From positions 2,643 through 66,642 of the forward strand of contig MFNL01000001.1 in the NCBI GenBank assembly GCA_001782035.1: DNA of 64,000 nt, written 5' to 3'. Shown here in pieces: positions 57,256 to 64,000 of this stretch. The DNA is from Candidatus Levybacteria bacterium RIFCSPHIGHO2_01_FULL_37_17. Its GTDB lineage: Bacteria > Patescibacteriota > Microgenomatia > Levybacterales > UBA12049. How positions within the stretch are numbered: the stretch's first letter is position 1; each line of letters begins with the position of its first letter. The notes under the pieces were generated by a model that made no database searches, was not told the origin of the DNA, and saw only the letters and a program-made list of their open reading frames with translations. The position numbers and the translations under genes are program-made.

Positions 57256-58305
57256 ATGGATATTGAAAGACAAGGTGTAATCTCACGCGTTAGAAATGCT
57301 GTAGAAAGCAGGGTTAATCCCAATTGGGAAACCGAGCAAGTTTGGCGAGATTATTTCCATAAGTCAAGATCAATTAGAGAACTCGAAGCAATAGTTACTG
57401 ATCCTCAAAAAGATCCAGTACACCAGCAAAGAGCATTAGATATTCTACTTGCCCCTGATGTAAATTCACTTGCCTTTCATGCTAATCTTGAATTTTCAAC
57501 AAGTCCAGTTCGCTTAATTAACCACGAATTTATTACCTCTCTTACAGACACACAGGCAGAGTATGCAGCCGCGATTGTTTCTGGAAATATCAATAGGTTT
57601 AGAAGGCAGTCCACATCTGAAGATCGCAACAGAGCATATGAAGCAAGACAAAGAATCGAGGACTATAACCATGTAATTCTTTCGCTTCTCCCAAAGTTGC
57701 CTCCAACGCAAGCAGATAAATTGTTTAGTGATTATATAATGATTGATGAAACGCTCTCGGATGAAAGCTTCCATAAATACGAGCCTGTAGAGTTACTTTT
57801 GCGAGTCGTTGACTTACCCTCAAAATATAGACTTCGAGCAATCAACTGGATGCACTCAAGAGCCGAGGATCTTAGAATAGAGGGAAAAGAGAAAGAATTA
57901 CAAGGCTTCTTAAATAGTTATGAAAGGCTATTAGATAGTATCTCTTTCACAGACGATTTGCCAATTCCGCAAGAGGCATTTGAAAACGAAGTGTCTTATT
58001 TACTTGGAACTTTTGACAGAAGCTTTTCTGATGGTTGGAATACGCATTACATCTTAAAGCATCTTGGTAGAGATGTAAAACATGCTTTGGTAAGAAGAAT
58101 TATATTAAACGGTGGAAACTTACATGATGAGAAATCTCTAGTAAAAGAGTTCGAAGAAGACCAAGAACTTGTCGAAGCCATACAAACAAAACTAACCGAG
58201 CAAGAGGCTAGAAATCGTTCCTGGGCAGAGCGACAAAGACAGGAACAAGAGACAGAGGCAGCTATTCTTCAGCGAATGAACAAAAAAGAACCCTCTGCAA
58301 GCTAA
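57256..58305 (+). CDS. Hypothetical helical orphan protein
   Basis: ~349-aa ORF with its own promoter, convergent on comF. Confidence 0.7.
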   Translation: MDIERQGVISRVRNAVESRVNPNWETEQVWRDYFHKSRSIRELEAIVTDPQKDPVHQQRALDILLAPDVNSLAFHANLEFSTSPVRLINHEFITSLTDTQAEYAAAIVSGNINRFRRQSTSEDRNRAYEARQRIEDYNHVILSLLPKLPPTQADKLFSDYIMIDETLSDESFHKYEPVELLLRVVDLPSKYRLRAINWMHSRAEDLRIEGKEKELQGFLNSYERLLDSISFTDDLPIPQEAFENEVSYLLGTFDRSFSDGWNTHYILKHLGRDVKHALVRRIILNGGNLHDEKSLVKEFEEDQELVEAIQTKLTEQEARNRSWAERQRQEQETEAAILQRMNKKEPSAS

Positions 58306-58994
58306 TCTCTTGCCAAAGTTAGGCCGAAAACTTGCTTTGCCCCAGCTCGCTTGAGCACATTTGCTGCTTCTTTTAGCGTTGCGCCGGTTGTAACAACATC
58401 ATCAACAAGAAAAATATTTCTAGCATCTAGCTTCAAGCTTCTAGCATCTAGTTCAAAAGCTCCCTTGATGTTCAATTCGCGTTCTTTCCTTTTGAGCTTG
58501 AATTGGTTTTGTGTATCTTTTGTTCGCACAAGTAGATTTTGAGCAGGAATTTTGAATTTTTTAGACAATGCAGTTGATAAAATTTCCGACTGATTATATC
58601 CCCTTTTACGCAGCTTAGAACTTGAAAGCGGAATTGGAATAAAAATAAATTCAGATTTTTCTACTAAATTTACAAAATCCTCGTTTTGGATAATGCTCTC
58701 TATAAAAAGCTCTGATAGAAAAGTTTTAAGATCCGAAAGATAAGGCTTATACTTAAAGCTGTAAATTAACTTTTGCGCAATTTTGTTGTAAGAAATAGCG
58801 CTAAAACAACCATCAATTGAGTATCTATTTATACACCTAGGATGAGTAAGGCTATTATATGTTGGCTTATCGCAAACAAGACACAATTTTTTAACATCAA
58901 ACGAAATAAAAGTAAAGCAGTTTGAGCATACGTATTCCCCGCTCTTGCCGCAGTTTACGCATCTTTTTGGAAAAATTAAATCAAGTAAATTCAT
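58302..58994 (-). CDS. comF: ComF family protein
   Basis: Double zinc ribbon, RGYNQ, LVDDVVTTGAT. Confidence 0.93.
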   Translation of the reverse strand: MNLLDLIFPKRCVNCGKSGEYVCSNCFTFISFDVKKLCLVCDKPTYNSLTHPRCINRYSIDGCFSAISYNKIAQKLIYSFKYKPYLSDLKTFLSELFIESIIQNEDFVNLVEKSEFIFIPIPLSSSKLRKRGYNQSEILSTALSKKFKIPAQNLLVRTKDTQNQFKLKRKERELNIKGAFELDARSLKLDARNIFLVDDVVTTGATLKEAANVLKRAGAKQVFGLTLARD

Positions 58995-59035
58995 TGCTAA
59001 CTTAGATAGTAAATGGTAAATTGTAAATAGTAAAT

Positions 59036-59593
59036 ATGGTCAAGATTTTCATTTTCCGCCATGGAGAAACATATGATAATAAACATCATGATTTCTCAGG
59101 CTGGAGGAATGTCGATTTGGACGAAGCAGGAATAATAGAGGCTCAAAAAATAAGAGACGCACTAAAAGACGAGAATGTAAACAAGGCCTACCAATCAGAC
59201 CTAATTCGCTCACAAACTACTCTTCAAATTGTTTTGGAGGGACACGAAAATGTCGATATTGTTACTGATACTCGAATTAAAGAAAGAGACTACGGAGACC
59301 TAACCGCTCTTAGCAAAGACGAGATAGCATTAAATGATCCAGAAGCTTTTAAGAGTTGGCACAGATCTTATGAAACTCCTCCCCCAAATGGAGAGAGTAT
59401 AAAAGATGTGGAAGAAAGAGTTTTATCATTTTTAGCAGAAGAGTTACCAAAGTGGAAGGCAAACGACGTAGTTTTTATTTCAGCTCATGGAAACTCAATT
59501 AGAGCGATGAGAAGATTTTTTGAGAATATAAGCATAGAAGAAATGTGTTCTTACGAAAATATCCCCGGCAAAATCTACGAATACACTATTTAA
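59036..59593 (+). CDS. gpmA: 2,3-BPG-dependent phosphoglycerate mutase (histidine phosphatase family)
   Basis: RHGET, ERDYG, PP.GES, AHGNSIR. Confidence 0.85.
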   Translation: MVKIFIFRHGETYDNKHHDFSGWRNVDLDEAGIIEAQKIRDALKDENVNKAYQSDLIRSQTTLQIVLEGHENVDIVTDTRIKERDYGDLTALSKDEIALNDPEAFKSWHRSYETPPPNGESIKDVEERVLSFLAEELPKWKANDVVFISAHGNSIRAMRRFFENISIEEMCSYENIPGKIYEYTI

Positions 59594-59618
59594 CTTCCGA
59601 GTGTTATAATTATTCCGA

Positions 59619-59712
59619 GGAGAAGTCGCATAGTTTGGTCCATTGCGAGGGTTTGCTAAACCCTTGAGCCTGAATAAGGCTCGCGTGAGTTCGAATCTCA
59701 CCTTCTCCGCCA
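59619..59712 (+). tRNA. tRNA-Ser(GCU)
   Basis: AGGGT-TT-GCT-AA-ACCCT, long variable arm, encoded CCA. Confidence 0.95.
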
Positions 59713-59715
59713 TTC

Positions 59716-60216
59716 ATGCAGATTTTAAAAACAATTCACGAGGATTATCTGCGCTCATTAATGTTTGGACTCCAAGACGGAATTGTTTCTACTACGGGAG
59801 TGGTTATAGGGATTTCAACCGGGGTCGAAAACAAAGCAATAATAATCCTTGCTGCTTTTGTTGCAATAGCTGTTGAGGCTACTTCTATGGCAGCGGGCCA
59901 ATATTCTTCTGAAAAAGCAGTTCATCAAATGGATAAGACCGGAAGGCATACAGATAGTCTTGTTTTAGGAGCAATAATTATGTTTTTTGCGTATCTTTTA
60001 GGAGGAGCTTTCCCAATACTTCCAATTATATTTTTCCCGCAGGAAATATTTAGAATAATCGCTATTATTTCAGCATTTTTTGGTTTATTTTTAATCGGGT
60101 ACTTAAAAGGTCAACTTGTTGAACACAGACCGCTACGTTCTGCGATAGAATTATTTATAATTGGCTCTGTTGCAACAATTGTTGGGGTTGTGGTGGGTTA
60201 CTTGTTTAGAGTTTAG
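59716..60216 (+). CDS. VIT1/CCC1 family transporter
   Basis: FGLQDGIVS, SMAAGQY.S. Confidence 0.9.
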   Translation: MQILKTIHEDYLRSLMFGLQDGIVSTTGVVIGISTGVENKAIIILAAFVAIAVEATSMAAGQYSSEKAVHQMDKTGRHTDSLVLGAIIMFFAYLLGGAFPILPIIFFPQEIFRIIAIISAFFGLFLIGYLKGQLVEHRPLRSAIELFIIGSVATIVGVVVGYLFRV

Positions 60217-60217
60217 G

Positions 60218-60301
60218 CGGAAGGTAGAGGATTCGAACCTCTGAGAGCTTTCGCTCACTGGTTTTCAAAACCAGCGCCATGAACCGCTCGGCCAACCTTC
60301 C
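60218..60301 (-). tRNA. tRNA-Ser(UGA)
   Basis: CTGGT-TT-TGA-AA-ACCAG, long variable arm. Confidence 0.95.
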
Positions 60302-60327
60302 TTGGCTCAATTTTAACATAGGAAAAG

Positions 60328-60747
60328 CTATTTTAGTAGTTTTCGAGCTTCTTTCCAAACCTTTTTATCCGATGGATAAGTTAGTGTTTGTTCAACCTTT
60401 TCTTTTTCTGTCCATTTTACTTGACTCATTTCCCAATCGTGCTTTTTTACGTCCCCTCCGACTGCTTTCATAAGAAAATAATAAACAGTTTTTCTTCTTT
60501 TTTCTTCATCCCAAACATACCAATAAGTTATGGGAGTTAACGCTTTTTCAATTTTTGCCTCAACGCCGGTTTCTTCTTTTACTTCACGTATTGCGGCTTC
60601 TTCTTTGCCCTCGCCTTTTTTATGGTCGCCAATTAGTCCTTTGGGGAAAACCCAACCTTTGTGTCCTGAATGTTGTCCGAGAAGAATATAAATACTTCCA
60701 GCCTCTTTTTTGTGGACTATTCCTCCTGCAGAAAACTCAAATCTCAT
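60328..60747 (-). CDS. NUDIX hydrolase (Ap4A hydrolase-like)
   Basis: SAGGIV, WVFPKG, EEAAIREVKEETG. Confidence 0.92.
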   Translation of the reverse strand: MRFEFSAGGIVHKKEAGSIYILLGQHSGHKGWVFPKGLIGDHKKGEGKEEAAIREVKEETGVEAKIEKALTPITYWYVWDEEKRRKTVYYFLMKAVGGDVKKHDWEMSQVKWTEKEKVEQTLTYPSDKKVWKEARKLLK

Positions 60748-60762
60748 TTATTCCTTTCGTTG

Positions 60763-60853
60763 TGGCGGAGAGGGGGAGATTCGAACTCCCGGTCGTCTTA
60801 CGACGACATTCACTTTCCAAGCGAACGCACTAGACCAGCTATGCGACCTCTCC
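60763..60853 (-). tRNA. tRNA-Ser(GGA)
   Basis: TTCGC-TT-GGA-AA-GTGAA, long variable arm, CCA. Confidence 0.95.
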
Positions 60854-60911
60854 TTGGTTTTCAATTATAATTAATGTTGACTTATTTCTCAATCTCTCAT
60901 ACAGTTAAATT

Positions 60912-61433
60912 ATGCCCGAACATCACGCAAAACCCCATGAAATTAATGACGTTAAAACTCTTTACGAATGGCAATCTCCCGGACGGCCTTTTAAAAAAAG
61001 AGGTAGACAATTTTATCTAACTTCCGTTTTGATTGCTTTATTTGTTGAAGCAATACTTTTCCTTTTTTCCCAGTATCTATTAATGGTCGTGGTTGTTGCA
61101 CTTGTTTTTGTTGCTTTCGCACTTTCTTATGTTCCTCCGAAAAATTTTTACTATAAAATCTCAACCGAAGGAATTATGGTTGAGGACAGGTTCTTCTTAT
61201 GGAAAGAGCTTTATGATTTCTATTATAAAAAAAGCGAGAATTTAGAAACTCTCCACATTAGAACCGAAGCATTTATTCCGGGCGAACTTATTCTAACCTT
61301 CCACGAATCTGATAAGGAAAAAATAAAACACGCACTAATTCCATATCTTTCCTTTAGGGAATATATAAGGCCTACATTTGTAGACAAAGCAGCGGATTGG
61401 CTAAGTCGCAATTTTCCCCTGGAGAATAAGTAA
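60912..61433 (+). CDS. Conserved two-TM hypothetical protein
   Basis: W.SP.RPFKKR, two TMs, C-terminal PH-like region. Confidence 0.75.
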   Translation: MPEHHAKPHEINDVKTLYEWQSPGRPFKKRGRQFYLTSVLIALFVEAILFLFSQYLLMVVVVALVFVAFALSYVPPKNFYYKISTEGIMVEDRFFLWKELYDFYYKKSENLETLHIRTEAFIPGELILTFHESDKEKIKHALIPYLSFREYIRPTFVDKAADWLSRNFPLENK

Positions 61434-61467
61434 TTTGAGCTCCAAAATGCTATAATTGAAGCCAGGA

Positions 61468-61540
61468 GTGCCCGTAGTTCAATGGATAGAACGCCCGGTT
61501 GCGGACCAGGTGGTTGGAGGTTCGATTCCTCTCGGGCACG
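61468..61540 (+). tRNA. tRNA-Arg(GCG)
   Basis: GTGCCCG acceptor; CCCGG-TT-GCG-GA-CCAGG; GTTCGATTCC. Confidence 0.9.
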
Positions 61541-61544
61541 CAAA

Positions 61545-61630
61545 GGAGGGTTCGCATAGCGGCCAATTGCACGAGTTTCGAAAACTCGAGGAGCAATCCT
61601 ACGCAGGTTCGAATCCTGCACCCTCCGCCA
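61545..61630 (+). tRNA. tRNA-Ser(CGA)
   Basis: CGAGT-TT-CGA-AA-ACTCG, long variable arm, CCA. Confidence 0.95.
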
Positions 61631-61669
61631 CACTTGACTTCCTGTAAATTTTAGGTATTATACTTTTCA

Positions 61670-63241
61670 ATGAAAGAAAGAAAACTAAGAGGACTTTCTG
61701 CAACTCTAACTTCTATACTTCTTGCGGCCTGCGCACCTTCTGCGCCCGCCCCTACTCCTCGAGAAACCCAAACGCCACAACCAACTCCAACATCAAGGGC
61801 TACTGAGGTACTCGGAAGTAATATCGGTGAATTTTTAACATTTCCCATACATCCAAGTGAGGGATATTTTACAGGTGGTCCACATTCTGATGGACTATCA
61901 AATGGGGTTAGATATGCGCTTGATTTTGCTCCAAAAGAAAGAGTTCCTTGTCCGGGTGGAGTATCCGACGTGGTGGCAGAGGCTTCCGCTGCGGGTAAGG
62001 TAATCAGGGTAGGAAATGAGAGTGATCCAAGCGACCCATACCATAGCATTGTGGAGGTTGAAAATGATAATGGCTTCATCTTAGGCTACATGCATCTTTC
62101 AAATTTATTAGTTGATGTGGGCGATGAAATTGGACCTTTGCATCCATTAGGAAATGTGTCTTGTGAGATACCACCAGGGGGAGAAACGACTGGGGCTCAT
62201 GTTCATGAATACTTAAAAGACGCAAGCGGTAATCCACTACCAATTGCAGGAACAATATTTGAAGGATTTACTGTTAGAGAACTACCCCGAAATTACGACG
62301 GACTTTTGATAAATGGGGCTGATGTAAGAACAGCCGATAAAAGAAGATGCGGACCCAACCAAGCCTCAATTAATGCTTGTGGAGGAATTAGAAATGATTT
62401 AAATTATTCACCTTTTGCCACCGAAACGCCTGCGCCAACAACCTCGATTGCCGAAATATTGCAGGAGCCGCAAATCGATAACCCCTTGCTTGGCGCAAAG
62501 CAAAAAGTGCTTCAGCTTTGGGCAAGCACATGGAATCAAGACTATAGTTTTAGCTTTAACCAAGACGATGTATCAGATACAGACCATGATAATTTCGACA
62601 CAACTATATATATTAATTCAAATGCCGTAAATTTTAACGAGTGGTACAGCGCCGAGAAAGACAGCTTACTCAACAGCGCTGAGACAACTACTCCCCTTCA
62701 AATAACTTTAGACTACACACTTGAAGAATTTAGAGACAACAAGGCAACGGCGAGTCGATTTATAGTTGAAATGGAATTTAACAATATCAAGTTAAATAGC
62801 ATTGATTATAATATGGTGTCTGAGGCAGATAGAGCCAATGGAATTACCTGGGCGGGACAAGGAAATCTGCATTTTATATGGCGTTACCGAGCGATTAATT
62901 ATTATGTAAAAGACGACTATTACATATCCAATTGGGGGGATAGAGATAAAATTGAAAACTGGATTGAAGAAACGCCTGATGACCAGCTTCCTGACTTTGG
63001 ACAGTGGAGGCCGGGAGGAGTAAATGGAAACGGATATGGAATTGCATTAAAGGCTGTCAACGGCAGTTGGCAACTTTTAGATTTGATAAATCAACGCAAG
63101 GAAAGCCCCTGGACCAGAGTAATAGATCGCTATTCTCCCCAATTCACCTACGCTCTACCGATAGACGGTAATTTAAACGACATATGCACTTATACCAACG
63201 TTGATCCTTGCGAAAAGATTGAAATAAATTTCTCCAATTAA
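61670..63241 (+). CDS. Lipoprotein with M23 metallopeptidase domain and unknown C-terminal domain
   Basis: LAAC lipobox; H...YALD, YMHL, GAHVH. Confidence 0.8.
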   Translation: MKERKLRGLSATLTSILLAACAPSAPAPTPRETQTPQPTPTSRATEVLGSNIGEFLTFPIHPSEGYFTGGPHSDGLSNGVRYALDFAPKERVPCPGGVSDVVAEASAAGKVIRVGNESDPSDPYHSIVEVENDNGFILGYMHLSNLLVDVGDEIGPLHPLGNVSCEIPPGGETTGAHVHEYLKDASGNPLPIAGTIFEGFTVRELPRNYDGLLINGADVRTADKRRCGPNQASINACGGIRNDLNYSPFATETPAPTTSIAEILQEPQIDNPLLGAKQKVLQLWASTWNQDYSFSFNQDDVSDTDHDNFDTTIYINSNAVNFNEWYSAEKDSLLNSAETTTPLQITLDYTLEEFRDNKATASRFIVEMEFNNIKLNSIDYNMVSEADRANGITWAGQGNLHFIWRYRAINYYVKDDYYISNWGDRDKIENWIEETPDDQLPDFGQWRPGGVNGNGYGIALKAVNGSWQLLDLINQRKESPWTRVIDRYSPQFTYALPIDGNLNDICTYTNVDPCEKIEINFSN

Positions 63242-63290
63242 TTTCGTTCGAACTTGACATAGGTTTGAAAATATCTCAAACTGAGATTAG

Positions 63291-64000
63291 ATGAGAAAAA
63301 TTCTGTCCGTCTTTCTGCTTATTGTTTTTAGCTTATTCATCTTAATCACTCCTTCTTTTGCTCAATCGCCTACCAAAACCACACAAAAAACGAACTCTGC
63401 GCAGTATCTTACTCCAAATACAAACGAGGATGTTCCTAAAAATCTCCACACCTGGACTCAAAATATAATGATAGAAGTTTTATCCGCCGGTGTTTGCCAG
63501 CTTTCAGGGGTAGATCTAATTAACCCTGATAAAGGATGTTTGGGAATTGATTCAAAATCAGGAAAAATAGGTTACGTTAAATCAGGCGGGGGATTAATTG
63601 GAATTACCGCTTTAGCAATTGGGTCAACTTATACGCCGCCACTTCATACTGGGGACTATGTTAGATATTTATCGCAGAACTTTGGTATTGCCAAATCAAC
63701 TTACGCACAAGGATTTGGCTTTCAGGCGCTAAATCCTTTAATTCCTATCTGGTCTATTTTTAGAAACTTAGCATATGTAGTTTTAATTGTGATTTTCTTA
63801 ATTATTGGAATAGCAATAATGCTGCGTGTCCGAATTGATCCGCGTACTGTTATGACAATCCAAAACCAAATACCAAAAGTTGTAATATCGTTAGTTTTAA
63901 TTACTTTGTCCTTTGCAATTGCAGGATTTTTAATTGATTTAATGTATGTTTCCTTATTTCTTATTTATAATTTATTTGCGGGATTCAACATTGCAATAAC
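63291..64000 (+). CDS. Partial polytopic membrane protein (VirB6/TrbL-like, CPR type)
   Basis: Runs off window end; signal peptide, then WSIFRNLAY...MLRVRIDPRTVMTIQNQIP...SFAIAGFLIDL. Confidence 0.65.
   Translation, partial: MRKILSVFLLIVFSLFILITPSFAQSPTKTTQKTNSAQYLTPNTNEDVPKNLHTWTQNIMIEVLSAGVCQLSGVDLINPDKGCLGIDSKSGKIGYVKSGGGLIGITALAIGSTYTPPLHTGDYVRYLSQNFGIAKSTYAQGFGFQALNPLIPIWSIFRNLAYVVLIVIFLIIGIAIMLRVRIDPRTVMTIQNQIPKVVISLVLITLSFAIAGFLIDLMYVSLFLIYNLFAGFNIAI

Noticed and set aside
59495-61647. ORFs 59495-59713, 60555-60833, 60670-60870, 61223-61633 and 61456-61647
   Set aside because: Shadow frames over tRNA genes
1-64000. UGA recoding (genetic code 25)
   Set aside because: Conserved genes are full length in code 11 and TGA ends genes at ATGA overlaps

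Overview
64 kb of AT-rich, gene-dense chromosome using genetic code 11, most likely from a Patescibacteria (CPR) bacterium of the Microgenomates group. This taxonomy is inferred from typical CPR hypothetical families, the reduced fermentative gene set and pervasive leaderless gene starts. The window is mostly core genome. It holds redox genes (trxA, trxB, DsbA, DoxX, D-LDH) and a DNA-repair block (EndoQ, ATP-dependent ligase, RecF, MutM, stand-alone 5'-3' exonuclease). It also holds ftsH, trpS, tgt, a murL-murD pair, a Xer recombinase, a VirB4/HerA-like ATPase, glycolysis and pentose phosphate genes, two tandem class A PBPs, smpB, tmRNA and 8 tRNAs. No CRISPR array, prophage or IS element was seen. 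The best candidate system is an NrdR-box-controlled nrdR-nrdJ operon followed by a minimal cobalamin riboswitch (possibly an ON switch) in front of pduO and two zinc-ribbon genes. Other highlights: an unannotated 58-aa protein resembling archaeal chromatin protein CC1, a strongly degenerate initiator tRNA, tRNA-Ile(UAU) and tRNA-Arg(GCG), the MurL/MurD2 peptidoglycan route, dispersed 7-bp tandem repeats and orphan genes sharing an N-terminal ER motif. All calls come from reading the sequence by eye; no searches were run.
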